Virus record (IMG/VR): IMGVR_UViG_3300036761_001135
Span: 96,001 to 160,000 of that record
Length of the DNA: 64,000 bases
Direction: 5' to 3' (one strand)
Source: a virus
The notes beneath the pieces are model-generated. The model saw only the letters and a program-made list of their open reading frames with translations. It ran no database searches and was not told the DNA's origin. The position numbers were made by a program, and so were the translations under genes. Positions 39,602 to 48,757 of the stretch are shown here, in pieces (the stretch's first letter is position 1; each line of letters opens with the position of its first letter).

Positions 39602-40078
39602 ATGATCCTGTTGCGTCCAGATCCGGTTGATGTTGCGCTCCAGATCCTTGCGACTGGCCTGGACGGTGCGCCCAAACTGGACGTGGTAAGTGGCACGGTG
39701 CGCGTGTATCGGGTGACGGGCGCGGGAGAGGTGGAGGTTTTCCCGGTAACGGCGTTGGCGAACGTGGCTGGCACGAGCACATGGAGATTGCTGTGGACAT
39801 CGGCCACGCTGGTAGTTGGGCAGTACGTCGCGGAGTATCGGTTGGTTGACCTCTACGGCCAGGAGTGCGTGGCTCAAGAGGACATTGTGGTGCATGATTT
39901 GGCGTTGCAGGCGGACCTTGCGTTGGTGCGGCAGGTGGAGACAGGGCGCTGGCGCATTGTAGCCAACCAGATGATTTTCTTTGGTGATGATGGAATTACG
40001 CCTATCCTGACGTTCAACTTGAAGAACGAGTCTGGTATTCCGGCGATGGACGAAGTGTTCGAGCGGGTGCCAGTATGA
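39602..40078 (+). CDS. Hypothetical virion-module protein
   Basis: ETGRWRI..NQMIFF.DDG.TP..TFNL C-terminus. Confidence 0.6.
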   Translation: MILLRPDPVDVALQILATGLDGAPKLDVVSGTVRVYRVTGAGEVEVFPVTALANVAGTSTWRLLWTSATLVVGQYVAEYRLVDLYGQECVAQEDIVVHDLALQADLALVRQVETGRWRIVANQMIFFGDDGITPILTFNLKNESGIPAMDEVFERVPV

Positions 40079-40239
40079 TTGGCCAGAGGATCATCACGCG
40101 TGGGATGGGGCGAGAGCAGCAGCTTCTTTGCACGCGTGGATATGGCAGGTTGCGGGCTCGTATTCGTGAGGTCATTCGGCTTTGTGGTTGTATAGCGCAG
40201 CAGATTTGGATTAGGTCGCCATGGAAGCCGACCGAATAG
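40075..40239 (+). CDS. Small basic hypothetical protein (54 aa)
   Basis: ATGA overlap; ITRGMG/CTRGYG repeat. Below the ORF-track size cutoff. Confidence 0.5.
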   Translation: MIGQRIITRGMGREQQLLCTRGYGRLRARIREVIRLCGCIAQQIWIRSPWKPTE

Positions 40240-40396
40240 CAGTTGTTTCACGGTTTTCTGGGTTTCGCATCGAACTCGTTTCGCGGCCTGGGCAGCGGAT
40301 CACGATGACTTCTCGTCCGACGAGACGATTGGATGTACAATCGCCGTTTGGGACTCAGATCCGCGTAGCGTCGGCCCTATCACTGGAGGAGCTTCG

Positions 40397-40708
40397 ATGA
40401 GCGTGTGTCAAACAGGGTGTGGAAGCAGCAAATACTATGTGGGAGACGTCGGAACCGAGTTGATTGTCGATGTGTGCGTGGACATCACGACGGCGGTGGC
40501 GTCAAAGCTGTACGTCATGAAGCCTGGGGCAACCTTGGCGGTGGAGTGGGCGGCGGGAGTGTATCAGACGCAGTACCTACGGTACGTGATCCAGGCAGGC
40601 GACTTGAGCGTGCCTGGGGAGTTCAAGGTGCAGGCGTGGGTGCAGCTCCCGAGCGGGTCGTGGCGCGGGGACGTGGGCACGTTTCGTGTGTATCCGCCTT
40701 TCGCCTAA
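40397..40708 (+). CDS. BppU N-terminal-like (Ig-like) virion protein
   Basis: GDVGT, KPG, LRY...GDL..PG....QAWV..P.G.W; SD GGAGG. Confidence 0.6.
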   Translation: MSVCQTGCGSSKYYVGDVGTELIVDVCVDITTAVASKLYVMKPGATLAVEWAAGVYQTQYLRYVIQAGDLSVPGEFKVQAWVQLPSGSWRGDVGTFRVYPPFA

Positions 40709-40784
40709 TTTATAGATGGCAGCCATCGGCGGTGCTACGCTGAAGGTTGCAGACGCAGAGAACAACACCAAACAGGAGGACACT

Positions 40785-41366
40785 ATGGGTTACGAGAAGC
40801 TGAGCCAGTCGGTGGTCACGGATCAGGAAGCGCAGTTTGCCGGGGACGTCGAGGCCACGTTCTTCGAGATGCCGTACCTGGCCGGGCTCCCTCCCGTTGC
40901 GCCGGACAAGAGCACGACACGCCTGTACACGGACACGGCCGGGCACACCAAGCTACGGGACGCGACTGGCAAGGTGCTGGACCTGACGGCTGGCGCGCTG
41001 GCAGGGTCGGACGCGCGGTCGCTGTCGGAGGTATCTTTGGCGGTTGCAGCCACGACGACCAAGCGGGTTTTCCGGGCGCTGACCGATGGTGCGATCCGTG
41101 AGGTGGCGGCAGAGATCGGGACCGTGGCGGCGGCGGCCGAGTCGCTCTCCATCGACATTCTCATCGCTGGCGTTTCCGCGTTGACCGCTCCCATCGTCAT
41201 TGACAGCACGGTGCTCATCAACACTCCGGTGGAGGGATTGATCGATGCGACATCCAACGAGTACGTCGTGGGCGATTTGATCACGGTGTCATTTGCCTAT
41301 ACGGCAGGCGGCGGACCAACTCCCATGGCAAACGCCATTGTTGGGATTGGCGTACAGAGCGCGTGA
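40785..41366 (+). CDS. Hypothetical virion protein
   Basis: SD AGGAGG; beta-sandwich-like C-terminus (GDLITV). Confidence 0.6.
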   Translation: MGYEKLSQSVVTDQEAQFAGDVEATFFEMPYLAGLPPVAPDKSTTRLYTDTAGHTKLRDATGKVLDLTAGALAGSDARSLSEVSLAVAATTTKRVFRALTDGAIREVAAEIGTVAAAAESLSIDILIAGVSALTAPIVIDSTVLINTPVEGLIDATSNEYVVGDLITVSFAYTAGGGPTPMANAIVGIGVQSA

Positions 41367-41375
41367 TTGTAGGCG

Positions 41376-41723
41376 ATGTTTGACTACCAGGCGCGTGTGG
41401 TGTCGGTCATCGACGAGTACACGGTGGAATTGGCGGTTGATCTTGGGCTAGGAGTCACGAAGATCGACCGTTTTTTCCTGTTTGGAGTCGATTTGTCTGT
41501 GAGTCACATGGCATATCCGCAACACAGGCAACGTGCCAGGACTCGATTGCGTGAGATCCTCAACCAGACCATAAACGGCAAGGTGTATGTCCTCACGGTG
41601 CGCAATCCACATGACCCATATGGAAGCTATCTAGCGCGCATTCTGGTGCCTACTCAGAGTGGCGTATGGGATGTAGGGGCCATGCTTGTTGACGAGTGCC
41701 TAGCGCGTCCTAGCGCGTCCTAA
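41376..41723 (+). CDS. Thermonuclease (SNase)-like protein with a degenerate active site
   Basis: YQARVVSVIDEYTV...VDLG, LFGVD and YGSYLA, compared with canonical VIDGDT, RL.GIDAPE and YGR.LA. Confidence 0.65.
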   Translation: MFDYQARVVSVIDEYTVELAVDLGLGVTKIDRFFLFGVDLSVSHMAYPQHRQRARTRLREILNQTINGKVYVLTVRNPHDPYGSYLARILVPTQSGVWDVGAMLVDECLARPSAS

Positions 41724-41786
41724 CGACGTGAAAAGATAGATCCGCCTTTCGTCATCGTGCTACAAAGTAAGAATTGGAGGTACGAC

Positions 41787-42533
41787 ATGCCAGGACGCGA
41801 CGTGAATCCACGATTTATGCAGCGGTGTGTGGCAGATGTGACGGCGACTGGCAAAGAGCTGGGGTCGGCCTTCGCAATCTGTACGGCGCAATCCCAGAAG
41901 TCTGGCTACACTAAGAAAGGCTCGTCCAAGATGACCGGCAAGGGTGCCGCGAGGGAACGGGCTTTCAAGAATGCGCCGGATATGGACCAGAAGAATGCAG
42001 ATTACGAGCGTGCGGTGCAGGCCGGGCGCCAGCAGGAGGAGATCAGCATGCGGAGCATTATTCGACAACTCGAAGAAGGGTCCAAAGACCGCCCGCGCCA
42101 TCGGGAGATCTTGTCCGAGATCAAGGCGATGGAGTTGGAAGTGCAACGCATGGCGGAGCGCATCTCGGAGGACGGCGACGAGAAGCTGGCCGGGTATGCC
42201 ATGGAGGCCGCTGGCATGCTGGGCAAGGCATGGGTGCGCATGGCCTTCTTCGTGAAGAGCGCCGCTGGAAAGACGATCCGATCCGAGGAGACGGATGCGG
42301 ACGATGGCGTGCTGGACGAGCGATTCGGTCGTCGTCAATCCTACAGTCGTGATCCCTACCTCACGAAGGCAAAGACGGCGGGAGTCGATGCCAAGGGCCT
42401 GGCCTACAAGAAGGGCGACGAGGTCATGATCTACAAGGACGGGGCAACATATGCCGGGGCCAACAAGGACCAGGCGTGGCGGGATTTCCAGGCGGCCAAG
42501 GATGATGAAGCATTCATGAGTGGCGGGTACTGA
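41787..42533 (+). CDS. Multi-module protein with an internal MRSIIRQLEE motif (42048)
   Basis: SD GGAGG at the start and a second SD AGGAGGAG before the in-frame ATG 42048. Confidence 0.7.
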   Translation: MPGRDVNPRFMQRCVADVTATGKELGSAFAICTAQSQKSGYTKKGSSKMTGKGAARERAFKNAPDMDQKNADYERAVQAGRQQEEISMRSIIRQLEEGSKDRPRHREILSEIKAMELEVQRMAERISEDGDEKLAGYAMEAAGMLGKAWVRMAFFVKSAAGKTIRSEETDADDGVLDERFGRRQSYSRDPYLTKAKTAGVDAKGLAYKKGDEVMIYKDGATYAGANKDQAWRDFQAAKDDEAFMSGGY

Positions 42534-42542
42534 TAGCCTGAC

Positions 42543-42558
42543 GCGAACCCAGGTTCGT
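42543..42558. repeat. 16-bp palindrome, copy 7 (GCGAACCCAGGTTCGT)
   Basis: Intergenic, just before an SD. Confidence 0.9.
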
Positions 42559-42572
42559 ATGGAGGACGGACG

Positions 42573-43337
42573 ATGCGTAGATTATTCGAGCGGTGTGAGA
42601 GGCGGATGAACGAGGAGTATGGCGGCAAGAAGACCGTTCGGGAGCCAGCGTCTCACACGGAGTATATCGAAAAGATTTTGCGGGGCATCGGCAAGAAATA
42701 TGCGACAAGTTACGCTTCGCGTACATCTGGTACCTATACGGACAATCCTCCTTACGACGCGCCAAGTACAAATATTGTGTGGAGTCTGCCAAATGGTTAC
42801 GTCAAGTTGTCGATTGAGTCAGATTTGACAGCAGGTGGAGCCCCTCTGAAGACGTTGCGGGCATTTATAGAGCCAGCTTACGCGAACCGACCGATGACGA
42901 AGGTGACAGAAATTGCCAAGGCGTTGAAGGGGGAGCTGGAGGCGGGGGATACAGACTCCAGTGCGGACGCTGAGGAACTCATAGCAACTGTGAAGAAGGC
43001 GTTTGCTGAATTCGAAAAAGAATACGCAAAACCACAGAAAGCACGCATGCCGACTCCAGTGCCTGTGTTGTCATTTAATACAGAGGAAGACATGCGATTT
43101 TGGAAGGCGGCGGTAGCCGTAGGGGGAACAGCCTCCAGTTCCAACGTGATTCTGAAGATTTCTGGTGCTGAGATTTCAATACACAATCAGGGTTACTACG
43201 GCGGATCGGTAAATATTTATACAAAAGACGAGATGCTGGACAACCATTTGGTGCGCTTGAACGTGGCAGAGCGAGCGTTCCTGCGAGTCATGCAGCAGCA
43301 TGGGTGGCTGAAATCTGGCTATGTGCGAGAGATGTGA
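42573..43337 (+). CDS. Hypothetical protein with a divergent leader (MRRLFERCERRMNEE)
   Basis: SD GGAGG. Confidence 0.7.
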   Translation: MRRLFERCERRMNEEYGGKKTVREPASHTEYIEKILRGIGKKYATSYASRTSGTYTDNPPYDAPSTNIVWSLPNGYVKLSIESDLTAGGAPLKTLRAFIEPAYANRPMTKVTEIAKALKGELEAGDTDSSADAEELIATVKKAFAEFEKEYAKPQKARMPTPVPVLSFNTEEDMRFWKAAVAVGGTASSSNVILKISGAEISIHNQGYYGGSVNIYTKDEMLDNHLVRLNVAERAFLRVMQQHGWLKSGYVREM

Positions 43338-43362
43338 CAGACGTAGTTGGTAGCGATCCGAC

Positions 43363-43378
43363 GCGAACCCAGGTTCGC
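43363..43378. repeat. 16-bp palindrome, copy 8 (GCGAACCCAGGTTCGC)
   Basis: Intergenic relative to ATG 43397. Confidence 0.9.
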
Positions 43379-43396
43379 ATATTGACGAGGCACACG

Positions 43397-44623
43397 ATGG
43401 CAGAAAAATTGGACCATGGCGTTGTCAACCTGCCGCTCGACAAGCGCGGGGGTGGGAGCCTGGACGCGCAGATCGACCGCTTCAAGGCGGGGCAGCAGCG
43501 AGATGCCAAGGCAGCGGCCAAGGACAAGCACGCGCGATCCGTGGAGGCCAAAGAGTTCGTGGACAACATGGACGACGCGCAGCTTCGGCGACTGGCGGAG
43601 AAGGCCGGGATGACGGTGGTGCAGGCGCGCAAGAAGCTGTTGAGCATGGCGCGTTTTGAACCGGACAAGGTGCTGCGGCTCAAGGCCGCGCAGCCCACGG
43701 AGGAGACGATGCGGAGCTTGATCCGGCAACTGGAAGAGGCGAAGAAAAGCAATCCGAAACATGCGCAGGATAATGAGAGTGAAAAACATCGAGAGATGGA
43801 TCCGAAGACGAAGGCGGCTTTTTCACGAGCATTTAGCGCTCTTGGAAGTAATAAGCAGCCTTCTGCTGGCGCATCGAGTGCGGATGATGACAGGAAAGCT
43901 CGCAAGGAATTGGCAGATGTGAGCGCGAAGCATCGAGAGCTAGGGGCGGGTGGTGGCCACGTCGGCACCAAGAAGATTTTCACGGGTAAAAAGTCAGCCA
44001 TGGACCAGCTCAAGGCCGGTGGTCCGGCGAGCAAGGGATCGGACGCGGGTGGCGAGGGGACGATGCCAGGGCCAGAGGGCGAGGTAGATGGCAAGTGGGT
44101 GACGGTGCGTGGAAAGCGAATGTTCTTCCCGAACGATCCCGGGGAGGGCGTGCCCGAGGGTCCGTGGGGTGGTGCGCCATGGCGTCCCGGCTGGACTGGC
44201 AAGGGTGGGGATTGGCGCAAGGGACGCGGTGTTCCTAAACAAAAGGGGCAGATGAGTCTCTTTGGCAAAAACGAGGACATGCAGTCGCTATTCCAACGCC
44301 TGGAAGAGGAAGCCGGTCGGTCTAAAGAGATCGCGGACGAGATTTTGCGGCAGTTGGGTGGGAGGCGCTTCCTGGTGATGACGGGCGCGAGGAACCTGCT
44401 GGCGTTTGACACGCTGGACGCGGAGCGGAAGTGGCCTGGCTTGCAGGTGCAGTTTCCACATGGGAACGCCAAGGTGATGCGGATCGCGTTGGCACCGGAC
44501 GACACCTATGTGATCCAGTTCATGACGCGGGCGGGGCGAATAACCAAGGAGATGGACGACATCTATTCGGAGGTGCTTCAGCGCGTGGTCTCGGACTACA
44601 CGGGCTTGGCGTTGAGCCTGTAA
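43397..44623 (+). CDS. Three-module protein with internal leaders at 43709 and 44279
   Basis: MRSLIRQLEE and MQSLFQRLEE are each preceded by an SD-like sequence. The C-terminal ILRQLGG..F..MTGA..DTY...F..TGL domain recurs in phage proteins of unknown function. Confidence 0.7.
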   Translation: MAEKLDHGVVNLPLDKRGGGSLDAQIDRFKAGQQRDAKAAAKDKHARSVEAKEFVDNMDDAQLRRLAEKAGMTVVQARKKLLSMARFEPDKVLRLKAAQPTEETMRSLIRQLEEAKKSNPKHAQDNESEKHREMDPKTKAAFSRAFSALGSNKQPSAGASSADDDRKARKELADVSAKHRELGAGGGHVGTKKIFTGKKSAMDQLKAGGPASKGSDAGGEGTMPGPEGEVDGKWVTVRGKRMFFPNDPGEGVPEGPWGGAPWRPGWTGKGGDWRKGRGVPKQKGQMSLFGKNEDMQSLFQRLEEEAGRSKEIADEILRQLGGRRFLVMTGARNLLAFDTLDAERKWPGLQVQFPHGNAKVMRIALAPDDTYVIQFMTRAGRITKEMDDIYSEVLQRVVSDYTGLALSL

Positions 44624-44632
44624 GGAGATCCC

Positions 44633-45280
44633 ATGGGACGATTGGCGATCCTATCCGAAGCGCTCATGCAGGTGGCGCGTCCGAAGACGCTTTCCGACGA
44701 AAAATCTTACAGGCAGGCATTGGCGTTATTGCGTGATGGCGTGATGCCGATGGGTGAGACTTGGGGAGACGGCCCGCCGCCGTTGTTCGTGCATCTTGGC
44801 GGTTCAGATTCCTGCGTAGTGATGCGCGAGCGTAGGGAGTCGGTGGACGATCCATTGCGGATGGGTCGTGGAACTCGATTTTGGGTACGGTTTTCTGTGA
44901 AGCCAGGGCGTAGTGGAGGTGCGGGGGTCAGCATCGATCCTGTCGCAACTGAGGCGTTCATGTCGCAAGCCATGGCGGCTCCTTGCGACGACCATCTGGC
45001 GTTAGAGCATTTGGCTGCGGCGATGCGGGTGGTGTCCGAGGAGCGCTTGGATAGCGTGCAGGGTGCCATTCGGAAGTTGTTTTGGGAGGACGGGATCTGG
45101 AGATTGGTTGGCTGGAGGAATGCGGATCAATGGGAGTTGGAGACGATTGAAGTGACTCGCGTGGATCTTGGCGAGGCGGTTGTTGGGGAAAACCGTGGAG
45201 AAGATTGGGTAGCCAAGCGGTGGGAGGCGTGGGTGCCGTTCACTTGCGATGTTGAGGCGACTCTTTGGAGGAAGAAATGA
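44633..45280 (+). CDS. Hypothetical protein
   Basis: SD AAGGAG. Confidence 0.6.
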   Translation: MGRLAILSEALMQVARPKTLSDEKSYRQALALLRDGVMPMGETWGDGPPPLFVHLGGSDSCVVMRERRESVDDPLRMGRGTRFWVRFSVKPGRSGGAGVSIDPVATEAFMSQAMAAPCDDHLALEHLAAAMRVVSEERLDSVQGAIRKLFWEDGIWRLVGWRNADQWELETIEVTRVDLGEAVVGENRGEDWVAKRWEAWVPFTCDVEATLWRKK

Positions 45281-45606
45281 AGACGATTGAACAGAAACCA
45301 AGCGGTTCAGAATACAAGTCGCGTAGTGGGTTGGACCGACTTCAGGATGGGATTGCAAAGTGGGTAGAGGGACATCCTGTTCATGTGGTGGTGAAGGCGA
45401 AAGGCATGGGAGAGGATGTCACGTTGGAGGACGATCTCTCGGCGGTAGCGGAGCAGATCGACAAGATTTTGCGTGAGAATCCCGACGCTAAGTTTTCGTT
45501 GGTTGGATTTGCAACGTATTCCACGGAGGAATCCGAGGAATCCGATGAGCAGGAAGAATCCGTCGAGCAGCCATCGATCTGGGCGGCGCGGGGCGCAGTG
45601 CAATAG
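45277..45606 (+). CDS. Hypothetical acidic protein
   Basis: SD GGAGG; ATGA overlap. Confidence 0.6.
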   Translation: MKTIEQKPSGSEYKSRSGLDRLQDGIAKWVEGHPVHVVVKAKGMGEDVTLEDDLSAVAEQIDKILRENPDAKFSLVGFATYSTEESEESDEQEESVEQPSIWAARGAVQ

Positions 45607-45640
45607 GCGAAGGATCAGGTCGCAAACCAAGGAGGCATAG

Positions 45641-46006
45641 ATGCCGCTATCCGTTTCAACGCAGGTCTCCCCGGTAGGGAGCAAACTGATCGCGCAGACA
45701 AGTGTGGGCGCGACACCGGACAACAACGTCACGGGCGCAGCGGGCACGCTGTACATGGTGGACGTGGACAACACGGCCAACACGGTGGACCCAGCGTACC
45801 TAAAGATCTACAGCGATGCGGCTCCGGTCGTGGGAACCACGCCCCCGGACCTCTTGTTTTTGGTGGGCGTGAACAAGCGGCGGACGTTCGTGGTGCCGGA
45901 GGGCTGGGCCTTCACGGCGCTGTCGTTCGCGTGCGTCACGGCGGGTGGCACAGCGGGCGTAACGGCTCCGACGAATCCTGTCGTGGTCAGGATGGTGGCG
46001 TCGTGA
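45641..46006 (+). CDS. Small beta-rich structural-type protein
   Basis: AYLKIY.....VVGTT.PD; SD AAGGAGG. Confidence 0.6.
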   Translation: MPLSVSTQVSPVGSKLIAQTSVGATPDNNVTGAAGTLYMVDVDNTANTVDPAYLKIYSDAAPVVGTTPPDLLFLVGVNKRRTFVVPEGWAFTALSFACVTAGGTAGVTAPTNPVVVRMVAS

Positions 46007-46596
46007 AGCGTTTCGACATGGATGTAGACACACATGAGGCGGTATGGACGTTGGGTGCGCGAGCAGCGCGAGAGGCGCGTGGGAAGCTCGATCTCGATGG
46101 AGCCTTCATCGCGGCGGTGCGTAAATACGGAACCAAAGTGTTCCCTGCGGCCAAGGGCCACGAGGATGACCCATGGTTCGAGGAATACTTCCAGGCGTTT
46201 CGTGATGGGGCCGAAGCGGCGGGCGTGAATGAGAGCACCATGGCGATGCGTGGTCTGATTCGTCGGTTGGAGGAATCGAGTGTAAAGGACTCCGGTTCCA
46301 GTGAGTGGGTGGCGCAGAATCTGGCGATGTTGGCAGCGAATTTCGCACAGCAGGCCACGGAGACCTATCGAGGGCGAGGGACGGCATATCCGCGTAAGTG
46401 GTATGGCAAGATGGAGAAGGTGCTAGCGGGAAATGGGTTCGGTCCGTTGAATGCCAAACAGTTGGCCCTGTTCTCTGAGGCATACGAGCGGTTCATGGCA
46501 GCGTATGGGTCAGAGGACGGGCAGGATCTCGATGCAATAGAGCGGATTACCAAGGACATCACAAATCGCGCGTTAGCGCTCGTGAGGGCATCATGA
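46003..46596 (+). CDS. Two-module protein with an internal MRGLIRRLEE motif (46246)
   Basis: GTGA overlap with the previous gene; start uncertain. Confidence 0.6.
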   Translation: MKRFDMDVDTHEAVWTLGARAAREARGKLDLDGAFIAAVRKYGTKVFPAAKGHEDDPWFEEYFQAFRDGAEAAGVNESTMAMRGLIRRLEESSVKDSGSSEWVAQNLAMLAANFAQQATETYRGRGTAYPRKWYGKMEKVLAGNGFGPLNAKQLALFSEAYERFMAAYGSEDGQDLDAIERITKDITNRALALVRAS

Positions 46597-47033
46597 CAAC
46601 AATGCGGATCTTGATCGAGCGGTTGGAGGAAGGCGCAAGCGCGTGGACGCCTGCCGAAGAGACGGCTTGCTTTAAGCTCGCCAAGCAGCAGATCGCCACG
46701 CACGGCTACCGCTGGAATCCGCGCGTAGATGTCAGCAGCAGTACCGTGGTGGTGGACGCGCTGGTGAAGGGGCTGTTCAACGGGCGCGAGGGCACGCTGG
46801 TGATCGAGGTATCGCGGGGACGCACGGGGGACGGATCGCAGATGGAGGCGGGGGCCTCGTTCCAGACGGGCAAGAAGTGGACGGTCGAGGTGGTGGCGTT
46901 CAAGCCGATCCCGCAGACGAAGGAGAAGAAATGGCCACCGGATGCCTTTGCCTTCGGGCTGGAGGCCGGGGACATGCTTGTGCAGATATACGAGATGGCA
47001 ATCCGCGAGGGGTTTTCCGAAGGGGCACCCTGA
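46593..47033 (+). CDS. Leader-bearing hypothetical protein (MRILIERLEE)
   Basis: Motif at 46602. Confidence 0.7.
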   Translation: MTTMRILIERLEEGASAWTPAEETACFKLAKQQIATHGYRWNPRVDVSSSTVVVDALVKGLFNGREGTLVIEVSRGRTGDGSQMEAGASFQTGKKWTVEVVAFKPIPQTKEKKWPPDAFAFGLEAGDMLVQIYEMAIREGFSEGAP

Positions 47034-47049
47034 TCGGTGGAGATGGGAT

Positions 47050-47065
47050 GCGAACCTGGGTTCGC
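47050..47065. repeat. 16-bp palindrome, copy 9 (GCGAACCTGGGTTCGC)
   Basis: Intergenic, abutting an SD AGGAGG. Confidence 0.9.
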
Positions 47066-47077
47066 TAGGAGGACAGG

Positions 47078-47602
47078 ATGACGAGGATGCGGTCATTGAT
47101 CGAGCGGTTGGAAGAGGCCAAGACGATGAAGGATCAGCCGGAGCCCTACAAGATTGGACAGCGGTTCCAGTTCAAGGTGGGGGACCGCGTGATCTGTAAT
47201 GGGTATCCCGGCGAAGTGGAGCGGGTTGTCAAGGAGCGTGGCAGCGTCGAGGTGCGTCTGGAGCGTGGGCATGTGGAAGTGCCAGCTTCCTATCCTGATT
47301 GCTACCCAGACAAGGATGGATCTGACCTGTCAAGGTCGGACGTGAAGAGCGTAGGGGAACCGAAGAAAGAGGACGAGCCTGCGCCGCGTGGGCGCAACCT
47401 GCCAGACTCATGGCGAATCACGCAGATGTTCCGTGTGGGCAAGGATCGTTATCAGGTGCGGACTTCCTGGAAGGGGATACCGTGGGACGAGCGTGAACAG
47501 GTAAATCTCGTGAATGACATGCGCGGCGAGCTGTGGCAGCAGCTACGCACGGGGCATTCGCGGTTGCAGTCGATGGGAGCCAACCTGTGGGTTCTGCCAT
47601 AG
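47078..47602 (+). CDS. Leader-bearing protein with an SH3/KOW-like segment
   Basis: MRSLIERLEE at 47087; FKVGDRV...G.V..V. Confidence 0.7.
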   Translation: MTRMRSLIERLEEAKTMKDQPEPYKIGQRFQFKVGDRVICNGYPGEVERVVKERGSVEVRLERGHVEVPASYPDCYPDKDGSDLSRSDVKSVGEPKKEDEPAPRGRNLPDSWRITQMFRVGKDRYQVRTSWKGIPWDEREQVNLVNDMRGELWQQLRTGHSRLQSMGANLWVLP

Positions 47603-47629
47603 CTCTCAACGCCTTGTAGGAGCATTGGG

Positions 47630-48226
47630 ATGAATGTATCGACCGACTTCGTGGGGCGACACCTGATCGTGGACGCCTCGACCTACAACCGGCGAAACCT
47701 GACGTCCACGGACACCATCTTCTCGCTGTTCGAGTCGTTGGCCCGCAACCTGGACATGACCCTGATCATCCCGCCCATCGTATGTCGGTATCCGTTTGCG
47801 AACAGCGAGCTTGAGAACTTCTGCCACAGCGTGGAGCGCGATCTTGAGAAGCAGGTGCCGCAGCCGGACCTGGCCTCTATCCGCACCATGCGGCAGTTTT
47901 TAGCGCGGCGGCAGGTGGAGGAGAGCGGTGTCACGGGAATCAGCGTTTGGGCGGAGTCGCATTGCGCGATCCATACCTGGGACGCGGACAACTATTTCGC
48001 GTTCGACGCCTTCTCGTGCAAGGACTACGCGCCCAAGGACGCCCTGCGGCTGCTGCTGAACCACTTCGACGTGGAGATGCTGAACTGCATCAACCTGATC
48101 CGGCACCAGCGGAGCGTGCCGACGCTGACGAACTTCCAGGTCAACACGAACTGGGACGTGCTGGTGGCGGGGGTCAAGATCGGTGAACTCGACACAGTGG
48201 ACTTTGACAGGATGGTGGCACAATGA
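47630..48226 (+). CDS. speD: S-adenosylmethionine decarboxylase proenzyme
   Basis: GRHLIVD, GVTG....AESH.AIHTW and FDAFSCK, including the ES pyruvoyl cleavage site. Confidence 0.88.
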   Translation: MNVSTDFVGRHLIVDASTYNRRNLTSTDTIFSLFESLARNLDMTLIIPPIVCRYPFANSELENFCHSVERDLEKQVPQPDLASIRTMRQFLARRQVEESGVTGISVWAESHCAIHTWDADNYFAFDAFSCKDYAPKDALRLLLNHFDVEMLNCINLIRHQRSVPTLTNFQVNTNWDVLVAGVKIGELDTVDFDRMVAQ

Positions 48227-48735
48227 AGACAATGAGATCGATTTTTGAGGCGGCAGAGACGAGCCAGGCAAGGCTGACGGACAAGTTGGTCGCGCAGTTC
48301 TGCGTGGGGACCAGCGGGGTTGCGGAGCGTATGGCCAGGACGGGGCAGCAGGTCGAGGGTAAGGAATTCGCGTTCCTCCAGAAGCAGAATGTTCGGAATG
48401 TATCGAAATACTGGACCGTGACCCGACTGCCAGACGGGATCGAAGTGTTGGCGAAAGGGATCGAGGTGTCGGAGAAACTGACGCGGGGGAGCGATTTGAA
48501 TCAGGGCTTACGCAACGATGACTACTGGACCGTGAAGGTGGTGTTGACCGCTGCGCGCAACGGGGTGGCGTTCAATGCGGAGTACGCAAGGGAAATGGAC
48601 GAGGGGGGGAAGAAGCATATCGAGACCCTTCCGTGGCGGAATGTGCTGAGCGCCGATTCGGGGGATCTCGCGTATTATGTCATCGACGCGATTGACTGGA
48701 TCTGGGACGAGATCCGCGACTACGTGAAGCCGTAG
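48223..48735 (+). CDS. Hypothetical protein with a shortened leader (MKTMRSIFE)
   Basis: ATGA overlap. Confidence 0.65.
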   Translation: MKTMRSIFEAAETSQARLTDKLVAQFCVGTSGVAERMARTGQQVEGKEFAFLQKQNVRNVSKYWTVTRLPDGIEVLAKGIEVSEKLTRGSDLNQGLRNDDYWTVKVVLTAARNGVAFNAEYAREMDEGGKKHIETLPWRNVLSADSGDLAYYVIDAIDWIWDEIRDYVKP

Positions 48736-48757
48736 GGTAATTTACCGTGAGGTGACC

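Noticed and set aside
44633-45280. MGRLAILSEA as another copy of the leader
   Set aside because: It matches only loosely, without the R2/L4/LEE register, so it was not counted.
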